A DNA stretch of 64,000 nt from Candidatus Sericytochromatia bacterium. GTDB lineage: Bacteria > Cyanobacteriota > Sericytochromatia > S15B-MN24 > JAQBPE01. Where the stretch lies: NCBI GenBank assembly GCA_040400605.1, contig JBBAPZ010000007.1:51485-115484 (forward strand), written 5' to 3'. The position numbers and the translations under genes are program-made. The notes under the pieces are model-generated. The model worked only from the letters and a program-made list of their open reading frames with translations. It did not search any database and had not been told where the DNA came from. How positions within the stretch are numbered: the stretch's first letter is position 1; the number at the start of each line of letters is the position of its first letter. Of the stretch, positions 47,533 through 57,087 are shown piece after piece.

Positions 47533-49065
47533 ATGCGTCCAATGCAAACGCTCACCACCACCTCTGTAAACGTGATGCCGCGGGTGACGCCACCCGCGCC
47601 GACAACCTACCCTCAAACGCCCGCTCCTGTTATGGCGCCAAATCAGATGGTGCCCGCGTCGGGGACGCACAGTGGCGGCGGTGTCGTTGCACTGCTTGAG
47701 AACTTTTGGAATGGTATTGTCAACTTTTTTCGCGGGTTGTTCACCCGTTCGAATCAGACGCAGCCAAACACGAATGCGCCGGTTACCCCCACCGTACCTT
47801 CTCCACAGTTGGCTCCAAATTCCGGCAACGTGGATGATGCAGCACTCGCACAGCAGTACGGCTTGTTGAATACGCCTGAAAACGTTCGTAACTTCCGGGA
47901 AACCGTCAGCCGTCAGAGTTTGGAGATGGGTGCGGTTGGTCCGGGGAGCACCAACCGTGACGCGGTGAACGAGTTGCAGGATCTCTTGAAACGATGGGGA
48001 TTCAACATCACTAATACAGGTGAGTTCGATCTGGCTACCGCCAATGCTGTGATGCAATGGAAGGTGAGCGTTGGTGTCGTGGAATCATTCGTTTTCGCGA
48101 ACGGCTCTCCAGGCGTGACGCCCATCATCGATACCCGTACACGTGCAAAAATGATCGAGGTTTTGACCAGCGCGCAGCAGGCCAACATGCCACAACCGGC
48201 GAGCGCCATCATGCCGGGAGTGGCTTCACCGGTCACCATTCCCAATCAACCCCAGTTGGTACAACCTTTCGCCCCGTTGCCGGTTTCCACACCGTTTGCA
48301 CCTGTTCCGCCCGTTACCCCAGTCATCAACCCTGTGGCTCCCATCGTGGTTGCTGACCCCTTGCTGACGCCGCCGATGCAGCCCATCGCACCGACCGCCA
48401 ATCCAGTGGCTCCCGTCATGGTTGCTGACCCCGCGGTGACCGTGCCAATGCAGCCCATCACACCGACCACCAATCCGGTGGCTCCCATCTTGGTTGCTGA
48501 CCCCGCGGTGACCGTGCAGATGCAGCCCATCACACCAACCATCAGCCAAGGGGCTCCCATCTTGGTTGCTGACCCCGCGGTGACCGTGCCGATGCAGCCC
48601 ATCACACCAACCATCAGCCCAGTGGCACCCGTTGTTGTTCCTGACCCGGCACTGGCAACTGGTGCGCAGCCGTCACCAGTCACCGTTGTGACAAACGGTC
48701 AGGACGCCGCGGCCATGGATGCAGTCACTCGTTTCGGCCTGCAGGCCACCGCCGAGAACCTTCAAGCGTTTCAGGCAGCCTGGGGACGGCTGTCCAGTGA
48801 CCCTGGCGCGATCGGACCGGGCCAAAACGACACACCCGATGCCGTGGCAGAATTGCAGCAGGTCATGACCTTGCTGGGATATCCCGTGGCTGTTACAGGT
48901 GTGTTGGACCCTGCGACGCAGCACGCATTGAGCACGTTCAAAATCGCACACAATTTAACCGATGGGTATAATCTGGCGAACGGTTCAGCAGGCGCACTAC
49001 CTTGGGTGGATCAACGCACCAAAGACATCATGGTACAGCGCCTGACTCAGAACACCGGCTCCTGA
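47533..49065 (+). CDS. Protein with two peptidoglycan-binding-like domains separated by Pro-rich tandem repeats
   Basis: DAVNELQDLLKRWG..TGEFDLATANAV and DAVAELQQVMTLLG..TGVLDPATQHAL. Confidence 0.78.
   Translation: MRPMQTLTTTSVNVMPRVTPPAPTTYPQTPAPVMAPNQMVPASGTHSGGGVVALLENFWNGIVNFFRGLFTRSNQTQPNTNAPVTPTVPSPQLAPNSGNVDDAALAQQYGLLNTPENVRNFRETVSRQSLEMGAVGPGSTNRDAVNELQDLLKRWGFNITNTGEFDLATANAVMQWKVSVGVVESFVFANGSPGVTPIIDTRTRAKMIEVLTSAQQANMPQPASAIMPGVASPVTIPNQPQLVQPFAPLPVSTPFAPVPPVTPVINPVAPIVVADPLLTPPMQPIAPTANPVAPVMVADPAVTVPMQPITPTTNPVAPILVADPAVTVQMQPITPTISQGAPILVADPAVTVPMQPITPTISPVAPVVVPDPALATGAQPSPVTVVTNGQDAAAMDAVTRFGLQATAENLQAFQAAWGRLSSDPGAIGPGQNDTPDAVAELQQVMTLLGYPVAVTGVLDPATQHALSTFKIAHNLTDGYNLANGSAGALPWVDQRTKDIMVQRLTQNTGS
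48328..48650 (+). repeat. 72-bp in-frame tandem repeat, about 4.5 copies (24 aa, e.g. NPVAPILVADPAVTVPMQPITPTT consensus)
   Basis: Units start at 48328, 48400, 48472, 48544 and 48616. Confidence 0.92.
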
Positions 49066-49793
49066 ATTCCCTGGGCCGCCGAACCATCGACGGCCCGCGC
49101 CAGTCGGCCCACCTTACGTCCTCGTGCCCCCATCCGAATCCATTCGCGTACGTGGTTCGCGCCTGTGCCGACGAAGGCCACCACACTCATCAACGCCAAT
49201 TGGCCCACCATCACAATGAATAAAGTTTCTCGGACATAGGAACCCCAAACCTTCCAGGAAACTGGCTGTTCAGCCATCATCAGCATATGCACACCCTCAT
49301 ATGCCAAACCACTCCCATAAACCACAAAGGTACCCCACGCCAGTCCAAACCAGACAGCGCCGAACTGCGTTCGCCTCGGATAGGTCCCCATCGCCAAGAC
49401 CGCTAGCCATAATGCCAAAAGATAACCCAGTGTGGGTTTGTGCAAATAACCGAAACCACCACCGCCAGAAAAGACGCAAACACCACCGATACCAAGCGCC
49501 AAATACAACACGACCGCCAAACTCGCCTGCCGTTGGTTCAACATCAATACCGTAATCCATAGCGCCACCATCTGCCCCGAAACAATCTGGGACCCGAAAA
49601 CGAGGCCGCCAACCCCATAAAGCGGTTGCATCGTATGGATATGCTCAGGCCAACCCCAACCAACAAAGGGCACGCGAATCGCAACAAATGTTCCGATGCA
49701 ACAAAAGGTCGCGGCGAGCAAGACCAACAAAAATTGGAACATTGACGCGCATACGAGCGAGTAAAGCAAACGCACCACGGCAAACTCCCCCAC
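49047..49793 (-). CDS. bioY: Biotin transporter BioY
   Basis: YLALGIGG..VFSGGGG.GYL.KPTLGYLL. Confidence 0.8.
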   Translation of the reverse strand: MGEFAVVRLLYSLVCASMFQFLLVLLAATFCCIGTFVAIRVPFVGWGWPEHIHTMQPLYGVGGLVFGSQIVSGQMVALWITVLMLNQRQASLAVVLYLALGIGGVCVFSGGGGFGYLHKPTLGYLLALWLAVLAMGTYPRRTQFGAVWFGLAWGTFVVYGSGLAYEGVHMLMMAEQPVSWKVWGSYVRETLFIVMVGQLALMSVVAFVGTGANHVREWIRMGARGRKVGRLARAVDGSAAQGIQEPVF

Positions 49794-50085
49794 GGGTATA
49801 TCTAATCACACAAATGCCACGCAGGCCAACGCCGACAAACCAGGCGAACGATACGACAGGTGCCGCCCTGCACGGATAGCCTGCACCGATGCCACCCGCG
49901 CAACAGCCAGTTCGACAAAACACCATCGGCTGTCTCCCCTATCCTTGTTGGTGTACCACAGGGTATACTTTAACGCTTGGCAACCGGCTGTTAAACGTTT
50001 GCCGCTACTGTGTCAACTGTGGCAAGAAGTCGCAAGGGGCTTACCCCGAGAACACGAACTTGTGAGCGACTCAAGAGGAGGCAAC

Positions 50086-51414
50086 TTGGACTGGCGCAAA
50101 TTCCTTCTGGGTACGATCATCACGCTTGCGCTCGGCGCCGGATATTACGTGCTTGACGGGCGACACGAGTTTAAACGTGGTCTCGACATTCAGGGAGGCA
50201 TGCACCTGGTCGCCCAGGCGCAGCCGACAGCAACCATTCCCACCATCAATGACGCCGTCATGAGCGCAGCGGTGGCGGTCGTTCGGAATCGGGTCGACGG
50301 GCTGGGCGTTGCAGAACCACTGATTCAACGAAAAGGCAGCAACCAGATTATCATCGATATGCCAGGCATCAAAGATAAGGACGAAGCCCTGCGCATCATC
50401 GGTAAAACAGCCGTCCTCACATTCCGCGCACACAAGGCTGACTTTCCCGGGGGCACACCAGCGCCAGTCGACCAACACGGAGCGAGTGTTGGCAGCGCAC
50501 CCACCGTCGCTGCAGCAGCCAAGCAGGGCGGCGCCAACGATTGGGTGCTAACCGGTTTGAAAGGCACGCATATTATTGCGGCACGCGTAGAGCCTATCGG
50601 AACAAGCTGGGCAGTTGTTGCTGATTTCAATGCTGAAGGCGCCAAGATTCTTGCCGACACGTCGCGTGTCCTCCTTCAAAAACCGATGGCAATCTTTCTC
50701 GATAACGAGTTGGTATCCGATCCAATCGTGCATAGTGAATTGAATACGGGCAATGTTCAAATCAGTGGCAATTTCGATGCCAAAAAGGCCAACGAATTGA
50801 TGGTGGTCCTGAAAGCCGGTTCGCTACCTGTGCCATTGGCGATCATCGAGAACCGGTCCGTCGACGCGTCACTCGGAGCAGAATCGGTCCGAGCCAGCGT
50901 ACAGGCAGGTCTCATCGGCGCAGCGCTCATCGTGTTGTTTATGATTGGTTACTATCGGATTCCTGGCGCGATAGCCGGCATCGCTTTGATTATCTATAGT
51001 CTCATTGTTCTGGCCATCTTCAAGCTGATTCCCGTCACGCTGACCGTACCGGGCATTGCCGGATTCATTCTGAGCATGGGTATGGCTGTTGATGCCAATA
51101 TTTTGATTTTCGAGCGTACCAAAGAAGAACTTCTCAACGGGCGCACCATTTATGCTGCGATCGAAATCGGCTTCAATCGGGCGTTTTCGGCCATTTTCGA
51201 TTCGAACATCACCACTTTGCTGGCCTGCGGCGTGTTGTTTTATTTCGGAACGGGACTGGTGAAGGGCTTCGCGTTAACCCTGGCCATTGGTGTCATCATT
51301 TCCATGTTCACGGCGATCACCGCATCACGCAACCTGCTGCACTGGGTACTTGAAGCCAAACAGTTCAAGAGTCCCACGCTATTTGGCGTGCAAGTTCCAT
51401 CCAAGATTCGTTAG
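50086..51414 (+). CDS. secD: Protein translocase subunit SecD
   Basis: GLDIQGG, RVDGLGVAEP, AGSLPVPL, GMAVDANILIFER, DSNITT, KGFALTL; TTG start after GAGGAGG. Confidence 0.97.
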   Translation: MDWRKFLLGTIITLALGAGYYVLDGRHEFKRGLDIQGGMHLVAQAQPTATIPTINDAVMSAAVAVVRNRVDGLGVAEPLIQRKGSNQIIIDMPGIKDKDEALRIIGKTAVLTFRAHKADFPGGTPAPVDQHGASVGSAPTVAAAAKQGGANDWVLTGLKGTHIIAARVEPIGTSWAVVADFNAEGAKILADTSRVLLQKPMAIFLDNELVSDPIVHSELNTGNVQISGNFDAKKANELMVVLKAGSLPVPLAIIENRSVDASLGAESVRASVQAGLIGAALIVLFMIGYYRIPGAIAGIALIIYSLIVLAIFKLIPVTLTVPGIAGFILSMGMAVDANILIFERTKEELLNGRTIYAAIEIGFNRAFSAIFDSNITTLLACGVLFYFGTGLVKGFALTLAIGVIISMFTAITASRNLLHWVLEAKQFKSPTLFGVQVPSKIR

Positions 51415-51432
51415 AAAGCGGAGTCGACCAAA

Positions 51433-52353
51433 ATGGCGATGAAATTTGAGGAATCAAAATTCGATTTTATGGCGCACAAAGCGCTATGGTTTGGCATTTC
51501 AGGCTTTCTGCTCATACCAGGCATCATCGCAGTGATTTATTCATTGATGACCTTCGGAACACCGGTCAAGCTCGGCATCGATTTCACTGGTGGTACCCTG
51601 GCGCAACTTAGCTTCAGTAAAAACGTAACTGCACCGCAGATTCGTGAAATCTTAAAGTCTGAAGGAATCGAAGACGCACAGGTTCAAATAGCGGATGATA
51701 AGACTGCGCTCATCCGAACGAAAGACCTTACCCAGAGTCAACGCGAAACCGTCTTGAAAGGTCTCAGCGCAAAAGCTGGCGAGTTCAAGGCAGAGCGTTT
51801 TGAAACAGTCGGCCCTACCATGGGACGTGAGCTGTTGGCCAATTCTCTGGCCGCAATCGGTTTTACATTGGTCGGTATTGTCGGGTACATTTCCTACCGA
51901 TACCAATTTGACTTTGCCGTGTGCGCGATCTCAGCGCTCGTGCACGACGTGGTCTTCATTTTTGGGGTGTTCGCTGCACTGGGTATCTTCTTAAACGTCG
52001 AAGTGGACAGCCTCTTTGTCACCGCAGTCCTAACCGTGGTTGGATTTTCAGTGCACGACACCATCGTCATTTACGACCGCATCCGCGAAAACATGCGCCA
52101 AGCTGGTAAACGAGACACGTTCGATGATGTGGCGAATCGTAGCATCAAGCAAACCCTGGCACGATCCATCAACACGTCACTGACCGTTTGCCTAACCTTG
52201 ATTGCACTGCTGGTATTCGGCGGCGAAACCATCCGGTGGTTTGTATTCGCCATGCTCATTGGCATCGTGGTCGGCACTTACAGTTCGATATTCAATGCCA
52301 GTCAAATGTTGTCAGTATGGCGCATGATGGGCGTCAAACGCACCTCCGCCTAG
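51433..52353 (+). CDS. secF: Protein translocase subunit SecF
   Basis: LGIDFTGG, VGPTMG, ALVHDV, GFSVHDTIVIYDRIRE, RSINTS, GTYSSIF. Confidence 0.97.
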   Translation: MAMKFEESKFDFMAHKALWFGISGFLLIPGIIAVIYSLMTFGTPVKLGIDFTGGTLAQLSFSKNVTAPQIREILKSEGIEDAQVQIADDKTALIRTKDLTQSQRETVLKGLSAKAGEFKAERFETVGPTMGRELLANSLAAIGFTLVGIVGYISYRYQFDFAVCAISALVHDVVFIFGVFAALGIFLNVEVDSLFVTAVLTVVGFSVHDTIVIYDRIRENMRQAGKRDTFDDVANRSIKQTLARSINTSLTVCLTLIALLVFGGETIRWFVFAMLIGIVVGTYSSIFNASQMLSVWRMMGVKRTSA

Positions 52354-52381
52354 TCATTCAATCACGAGGGACGTTAAAACC

Positions 52382-55306
52382 ATGGAATCCAACACCGCGA
52401 CCCCATCGCAAGTGACGCCTGATAACACCGCTGGAACTGTTACGATTCATCGCCTTTGGTACTGGTTGACGGCCGCGTTCATGCTGCGGCTTTTGATACT
52501 GAATATGCCGTATATGTTTACGCTTGACGTGAACACATTCCGTTCGTGGGGTGAAACACTCTTCAAGGTTGATCCGACGCACTTTTACGACAACACCTGG
52601 AGTGATTATCCCCCGCTTTTCATGTACCTCCTGTGGTTGTGGAACTGGGTCGCACACACCTTTACTAACCAGTCCATGATGAGCCCCCAGTGGATCAAGT
52701 TTCCATCGTGCGTCGTAGATATTGTCAACGCGTATTTAATCTTTATCTTGCTGAAGGGTCGCGTGGCACTGCGGTCGGCCTACCGCAGTGCCATATTTTA
52801 TGCATTCAACCCCGTGATCATATTTGTATCTGCTGTTTGGGGCCAAGTGGATGCGTTAACAACACTGATGGCCTTACTGGTGACGTTGGTCGTTCTGCAA
52901 AACCGCTTCTTCACCAGTGCTGTGGTAGCCAGTGCTGCCATACTGATCAAGCCTCAGGGTCTGTTTATGGTACCCGTTGCGTGGTTTGCGCTTTGGCACA
53001 AACAGTTCAACATACAGCCCGAAGCCATTATGCAAGGCATATTCAAGGGATTGGTCCGTAATGCCTTGGCGATCGCTATCGGCAGTCTCACCGCGTACCT
53101 GTTAATCGTTCCAGCGGTTTGGCACAAACTTGATAATGGTATCACCCGGGTTGCGGGCCTGTTTGATTGCCCGAGGTGGCTTGCGGAACCGTATTTCTGG
53201 CTATACGGCCAGATGCTTAAAACGAGCGGTACGTATCCGTACAGTTCTGTCAACGCATTCAATTTGTGGATGCTTCCGCCGCCAAACGAGGCATGGCAGC
53301 CAGACAGCCGTATCTTGTTGGGGTTGACACATCAAACCTGGGGTTTCGTGCTGATTGGGCTCGTCATGGCGCTGGTTGGCATCCACCTTTACCGCCAAAG
53401 ACACGCACCGCAGGGGTATCCACTGTTTCTCGCCGCTGCGGTGATGCTGACAGGCTTCTACGTGGTGGCGACGCGAATGCACGAGCGTTACATTTTTCCG
53501 GCGATCGCCTTTTTGGCACTTGCCGCAGCCTGCAATCGACAGATTGCGTGGATTTACTGGACGATCTCGACCACCTCGTTTCTCTCGATCGCTTACATTT
53601 TTTATTTTTACAACGACCAGTCAACCTGGGTTGAAGCGCTGAAAGGCCTAATGAACAACGGACAGATGGCCGGGAGTTTAAAACTGTCTGGCGCGGTCAT
53701 GCTGTCGCTGGTAAACGTCTATGCTTTCTCTGAACTGCTTCTGTTCCTCTCTCCCAAGAGTGAAGTGTCCCAGGTTTTAAACGAATCAGCATTGGTGCGC
53801 CATTGGCGTACCCTTACCGCGACGGTCAAAGTGAGTCTGGTAGGAAAAATCGACTTCGTCATTGCAGGGGTGCTTGGCTGCATTTTCATCGCGGTCGCGT
53901 TGTACCGCCTAGGGATACCAAACGAGCAGATTTTTGACGAAGTTTATCACGCGCGAACCGCGATGGAGTACATCAAAGGGGTACCACCGTATGAGTGGAC
54001 CCATCCCCCGCTGTCGAAACTGATCGCAGCGTTGGGGATTCTGGGACTTGGTGGTGGTTTTGACCTCGCAGCCAAAACGTGGACCGAACACGTGGCCTTT
54101 TCGTGGCGCTTTACCAGCGTGATCTTTGGTGGATTGAGCATTGTGGTTGTGTATGCGTTGACCAGGTCCATGTTTAAGAACACAGCCATTGCGACCTTGG
54201 CGGCAGGACTGCTGATGTTCGATGGCGTCTTTTTCGTTCAAAGTCGCGTCGCGATGACCAACGTCTACGAGGTCTTTTTCATCATGCTCAGCGCCTATGG
54301 CACCTGGCGTTATCTTGAAACCGATCGTTCGCGCTATTTGAGCATCACAGCGCTGGCCATTGGCTGCGCACTGGCTTGTCGTTGGGCGAGCCTTTACGCT
54401 TGGGGATTGACTGGACTCCTGCTACTGTGGCACGCCTGGCGTGTCAAACTGCCCCAATGGTGCAGCCCTCCGAGCGATACTGAGTCCGGATGGCGCAACC
54501 TTGGGTCGATGTTCAACGCACTCGACAAGCAAAAAGCCCTGCAGTGGGTAGGTCTGATCGTCATCAGCATGTTTGTTGTACCAGCGGGCATTTACGGCCT
54601 GTCATACGTGCCCTACGTGCTGCAAGGCGATGGTACCGTCACAGACAAGTTGTTAAGCTGGAACTGGCAACAACGTGGTTGGGGACGCGTTTTGTTCTGG
54701 CAGACTGAAATGTGGAATTACCATGCCCATTTGCAGGCGACTCATCCTTACAACTCACCTTGGTTTACCTGGCCGCTCATGTTCAGACCGACTTGGTATT
54801 ATTTTCATGATTTCAAGGGCGAAGGCGGCTTGCAAGGCATCGCCGGGGTCTGGGCGATCGGTAATGCAGCTATTTGGTGGGCATCCATTCCGGCGTTGGC
54901 GTATGCAGGCTACCTGGCGTGGAGAGACCGTCTCAAAAATCTGGGAATGGTGGCCGTGCTTGGCTTGGGCCTGTGGTTGATGTGGGGCGTTCAGCCGCGT
55001 CCATTACTCTATATGCATTATATGTTGGAAACCATTCCCTTCGCGTGCATCGCAATTGCCTACATTGCCTATATCTGTTGGTACGGTGACAGCTGCGTTT
55101 CCCAGTCGAAAGCCCCGGACACTGTCGCGCCTGGTGGCCCGTTGACCCGTTGGATGTACACCTGTGGCGCGCGTCGGGTCTTCGTCATCATTTACGGTGT
55201 TGCCGTCGTGCTATGGTTCGTTTTTTATTATCCATTGCTCAGTGCGTGGTGCATCAGTTGGAAATACTACAATTGGCACGTCTGGTTCGGTCGAGCGTGG
55301 ATCTAG
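52382..55306 (+). CDS. Fused double GT-C glycosyltransferase: N-terminal lipid-carrier GT plus C-terminal protein O-mannosyltransferase (PMT/GT39)-like domain
   Basis: N half: DYPP, FNP....SA.WGQVD, KPQ, NAFNLW, MHERY. C half: FDEVYH, HPPLSK, WRF, HPYNSPWFTWP..RP.WYY, GN..IWW. Confidence 0.85.
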   Translation: MESNTATPSQVTPDNTAGTVTIHRLWYWLTAAFMLRLLILNMPYMFTLDVNTFRSWGETLFKVDPTHFYDNTWSDYPPLFMYLLWLWNWVAHTFTNQSMMSPQWIKFPSCVVDIVNAYLIFILLKGRVALRSAYRSAIFYAFNPVIIFVSAVWGQVDALTTLMALLVTLVVLQNRFFTSAVVASAAILIKPQGLFMVPVAWFALWHKQFNIQPEAIMQGIFKGLVRNALAIAIGSLTAYLLIVPAVWHKLDNGITRVAGLFDCPRWLAEPYFWLYGQMLKTSGTYPYSSVNAFNLWMLPPPNEAWQPDSRILLGLTHQTWGFVLIGLVMALVGIHLYRQRHAPQGYPLFLAAAVMLTGFYVVATRMHERYIFPAIAFLALAAACNRQIAWIYWTISTTSFLSIAYIFYFYNDQSTWVEALKGLMNNGQMAGSLKLSGAVMLSLVNVYAFSELLLFLSPKSEVSQVLNESALVRHWRTLTATVKVSLVGKIDFVIAGVLGCIFIAVALYRLGIPNEQIFDEVYHARTAMEYIKGVPPYEWTHPPLSKLIAALGILGLGGGFDLAAKTWTEHVAFSWRFTSVIFGGLSIVVVYALTRSMFKNTAIATLAAGLLMFDGVFFVQSRVAMTNVYEVFFIMLSAYGTWRYLETDRSRYLSITALAIGCALACRWASLYAWGLTGLLLLWHAWRVKLPQWCSPPSDTESGWRNLGSMFNALDKQKALQWVGLIVISMFVVPAGIYGLSYVPYVLQGDGTVTDKLLSWNWQQRGWGRVLFWQTEMWNYHAHLQATHPYNSPWFTWPLMFRPTWYYFHDFKGEGGLQGIAGVWAIGNAAIWWASIPALAYAGYLAWRDRLKNLGMVAVLGLGLWLMWGVQPRPLLYMHYMLETIPFACIAIAYIAYICWYGDSCVSQSKAPDTVAPGGPLTRWMYTCGARRVFVIIYGVAVVLWFVFYYPLLSAWCISWKYYNWHVWFGRAWI

Positions 55307-55555
55307 CGCGACCAAAGGCGCAAACATTCTATTACCCTGATGGGTTGTCCGTTCAAAATAGTGCCAAGCGAATTTGACGAGACAACCATCGACTTCCGAA
55401 GTATTGCCAGACGATACGGTTGTGGCGTTAATCCATTCATTTGGGTTGATGATCACAGAATTCCATCACTGACCAACGAAAACTCCGAAGCTTTCCTGGG
55501 TATGCATATATGTGAGCGGCATAGAGAATTCGGTACGCGTAGGAGACCAAATACA

Positions 55556-57064
55556 ATGAGCATCATCTCAAAAAGAAGTTACCGACTCGCAGCCTTGTTT
55601 CTGGTCGCAGCGTGTGCGAGTGGATGCCCTAATAACACGACTCCGACCGCGCCAAAGACCACCAAAGCGCCTGGGCAGTCCCCTAAACCGAGCCCAAACG
55701 CGTCAGCCACCTCAATAGCATCAACTGTACCCAGCACCTCTCCGCTCACATCACCACTTGTATCCCAACCGCCTGGTTCACCGAATGCGTCGGCGTCACC
55801 ATCTCCAAATACCAGCACGTCACCCAGCGTTTTGCCGTCGGCCTCCGTCAGCCAAGCACCAGGGGCAAGCCCATCCGCGTCATCCTCCACGGCACCAAGT
55901 GCAAGCCCATCGACAGCACCGTCGACCCAACCCAGCCCAAGCGCCTCCGCAGCTCCCAGCACCAGTCCTTCCGTGGCACCCTCTCCCCAACAACCAAGTA
56001 CGAGTCCTTCACCAGCAGTATCCAGTGCTCCAAGCGCGATTCCGTCGGCAGCGCCATCCGTGGCACCCAGTATTGCTCCCTCCCCCACACCGGGCCCATC
56101 GACGACACCAATACCTGGCGTCGCCAATACAGGCACAGTGTCAGCCTTCGCTGGCCGTGACGCCGGGTTTTTGGATGAAACCGGCTTGGATGCACAATTC
56201 TCGCTGCCAATCGGGTTGGCGATTGATGCTGCTGGCAATCTCTACGTGGCGGATAGTGGCAACCACGCCATTCGGAAAATTACGCCCGCAGGCGTGGTCA
56301 GCACGTTGGCAGGGGGATCGCGCGGTTTCGTTAATGGCACTGGCAACCAAGCCAGATTCGACGCGCCAAACGGTATCGCCATTGATTCCACGGGCAATCT
56401 GTATGTCGCTGATTCAGGCAATCACGCGATTCGCAAGGTGACGCCGGCCGGGGTAGTGAGTACATTTTCAGGTAACACCGCAGGCAATTCAGGCACAAGC
56501 CTCGGACAATACAACAGTCCAGACAGCATTGTCATCGATGGCAGCAACAACCTTTATGTCACCGATACGAACAATCGCCGCATCGTGAAGCTCAGCAACA
56601 CCGGCACTGCCACCTTGTTCGCCGGCAGTGGCACGTTGGGCCAAGACGACGGGACAGGCGCAGCCGCAAGTTTCTTCAGTCCAAAGAGTATTACCCGCGA
56701 CGGGACGGGTACGATGTGGGTAGCAGACTCCTTTGTAATCCGTAAAATCTCGTCAGCCGGTGCGGTCACAACACCCAACCTGACGGGCGCCAATTTCACC
56801 ACGCCAATTCTGGCAGGTGGAAGTGCGGGTGGAAGCGAGTTCATCTATGCTGCAGATGCGGGAAAACATACGGTTTATCGGGTCGATATCACGGCAACGG
56901 GGTTGGAGGCCACGGCAATCGCAGGTGGTGTCAACCTGACCGGAACGGCAAACGGCACAGGAACGAACGCGCGCTTCAATCAACCGGAAGGATTAGTCTT
57001 GACGCCGTCGGGCAAGTTGTATATCTCAGATACTGCAAACCACCGTATCCGACAGATACAGTAA
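55556..57064 (+). CDS. Lipoprotein with Ser/Pro/Thr-rich linker and NHL repeats
   Basis: AGGAG RBS; signal ending AACASGC; repeated F..P.G.AID..GNLYVADSGNHAIRK. Confidence 0.88.
   Translation: MSIISKRSYRLAALFLVAACASGCPNNTTPTAPKTTKAPGQSPKPSPNASATSIASTVPSTSPLTSPLVSQPPGSPNASASPSPNTSTSPSVLPSASVSQAPGASPSASSSTAPSASPSTAPSTQPSPSASAAPSTSPSVAPSPQQPSTSPSPAVSSAPSAIPSAAPSVAPSIAPSPTPGPSTTPIPGVANTGTVSAFAGRDAGFLDETGLDAQFSLPIGLAIDAAGNLYVADSGNHAIRKITPAGVVSTLAGGSRGFVNGTGNQARFDAPNGIAIDSTGNLYVADSGNHAIRKVTPAGVVSTFSGNTAGNSGTSLGQYNSPDSIVIDGSNNLYVTDTNNRRIVKLSNTGTATLFAGSGTLGQDDGTGAAASFFSPKSITRDGTGTMWVADSFVIRKISSAGAVTTPNLTGANFTTPILAGGSAGGSEFIYAADAGKHTVYRVDITATGLEATAIAGGVNLTGTANGTGTNARFNQPEGLVLTPSGKLYISDTANHRIRQIQ
55630..56120 (+). 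repeat. Low-complexity Ser/Pro/Thr/Ala coding tract (PSASPS / PSTSPS / PSVAPS units)
   Basis: Seen directly in the translation; boundaries approximate. Confidence 0.8.
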
Positions 57065-57087
57065 AGCCATTATTGAATAAGTGATGG

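Noticed and set aside
48328..48650. Regularly spaced repeats as a possible CRISPR array
   Set aside because: In-frame coding tandem repeats with no unique spacers; no cas genes in the window
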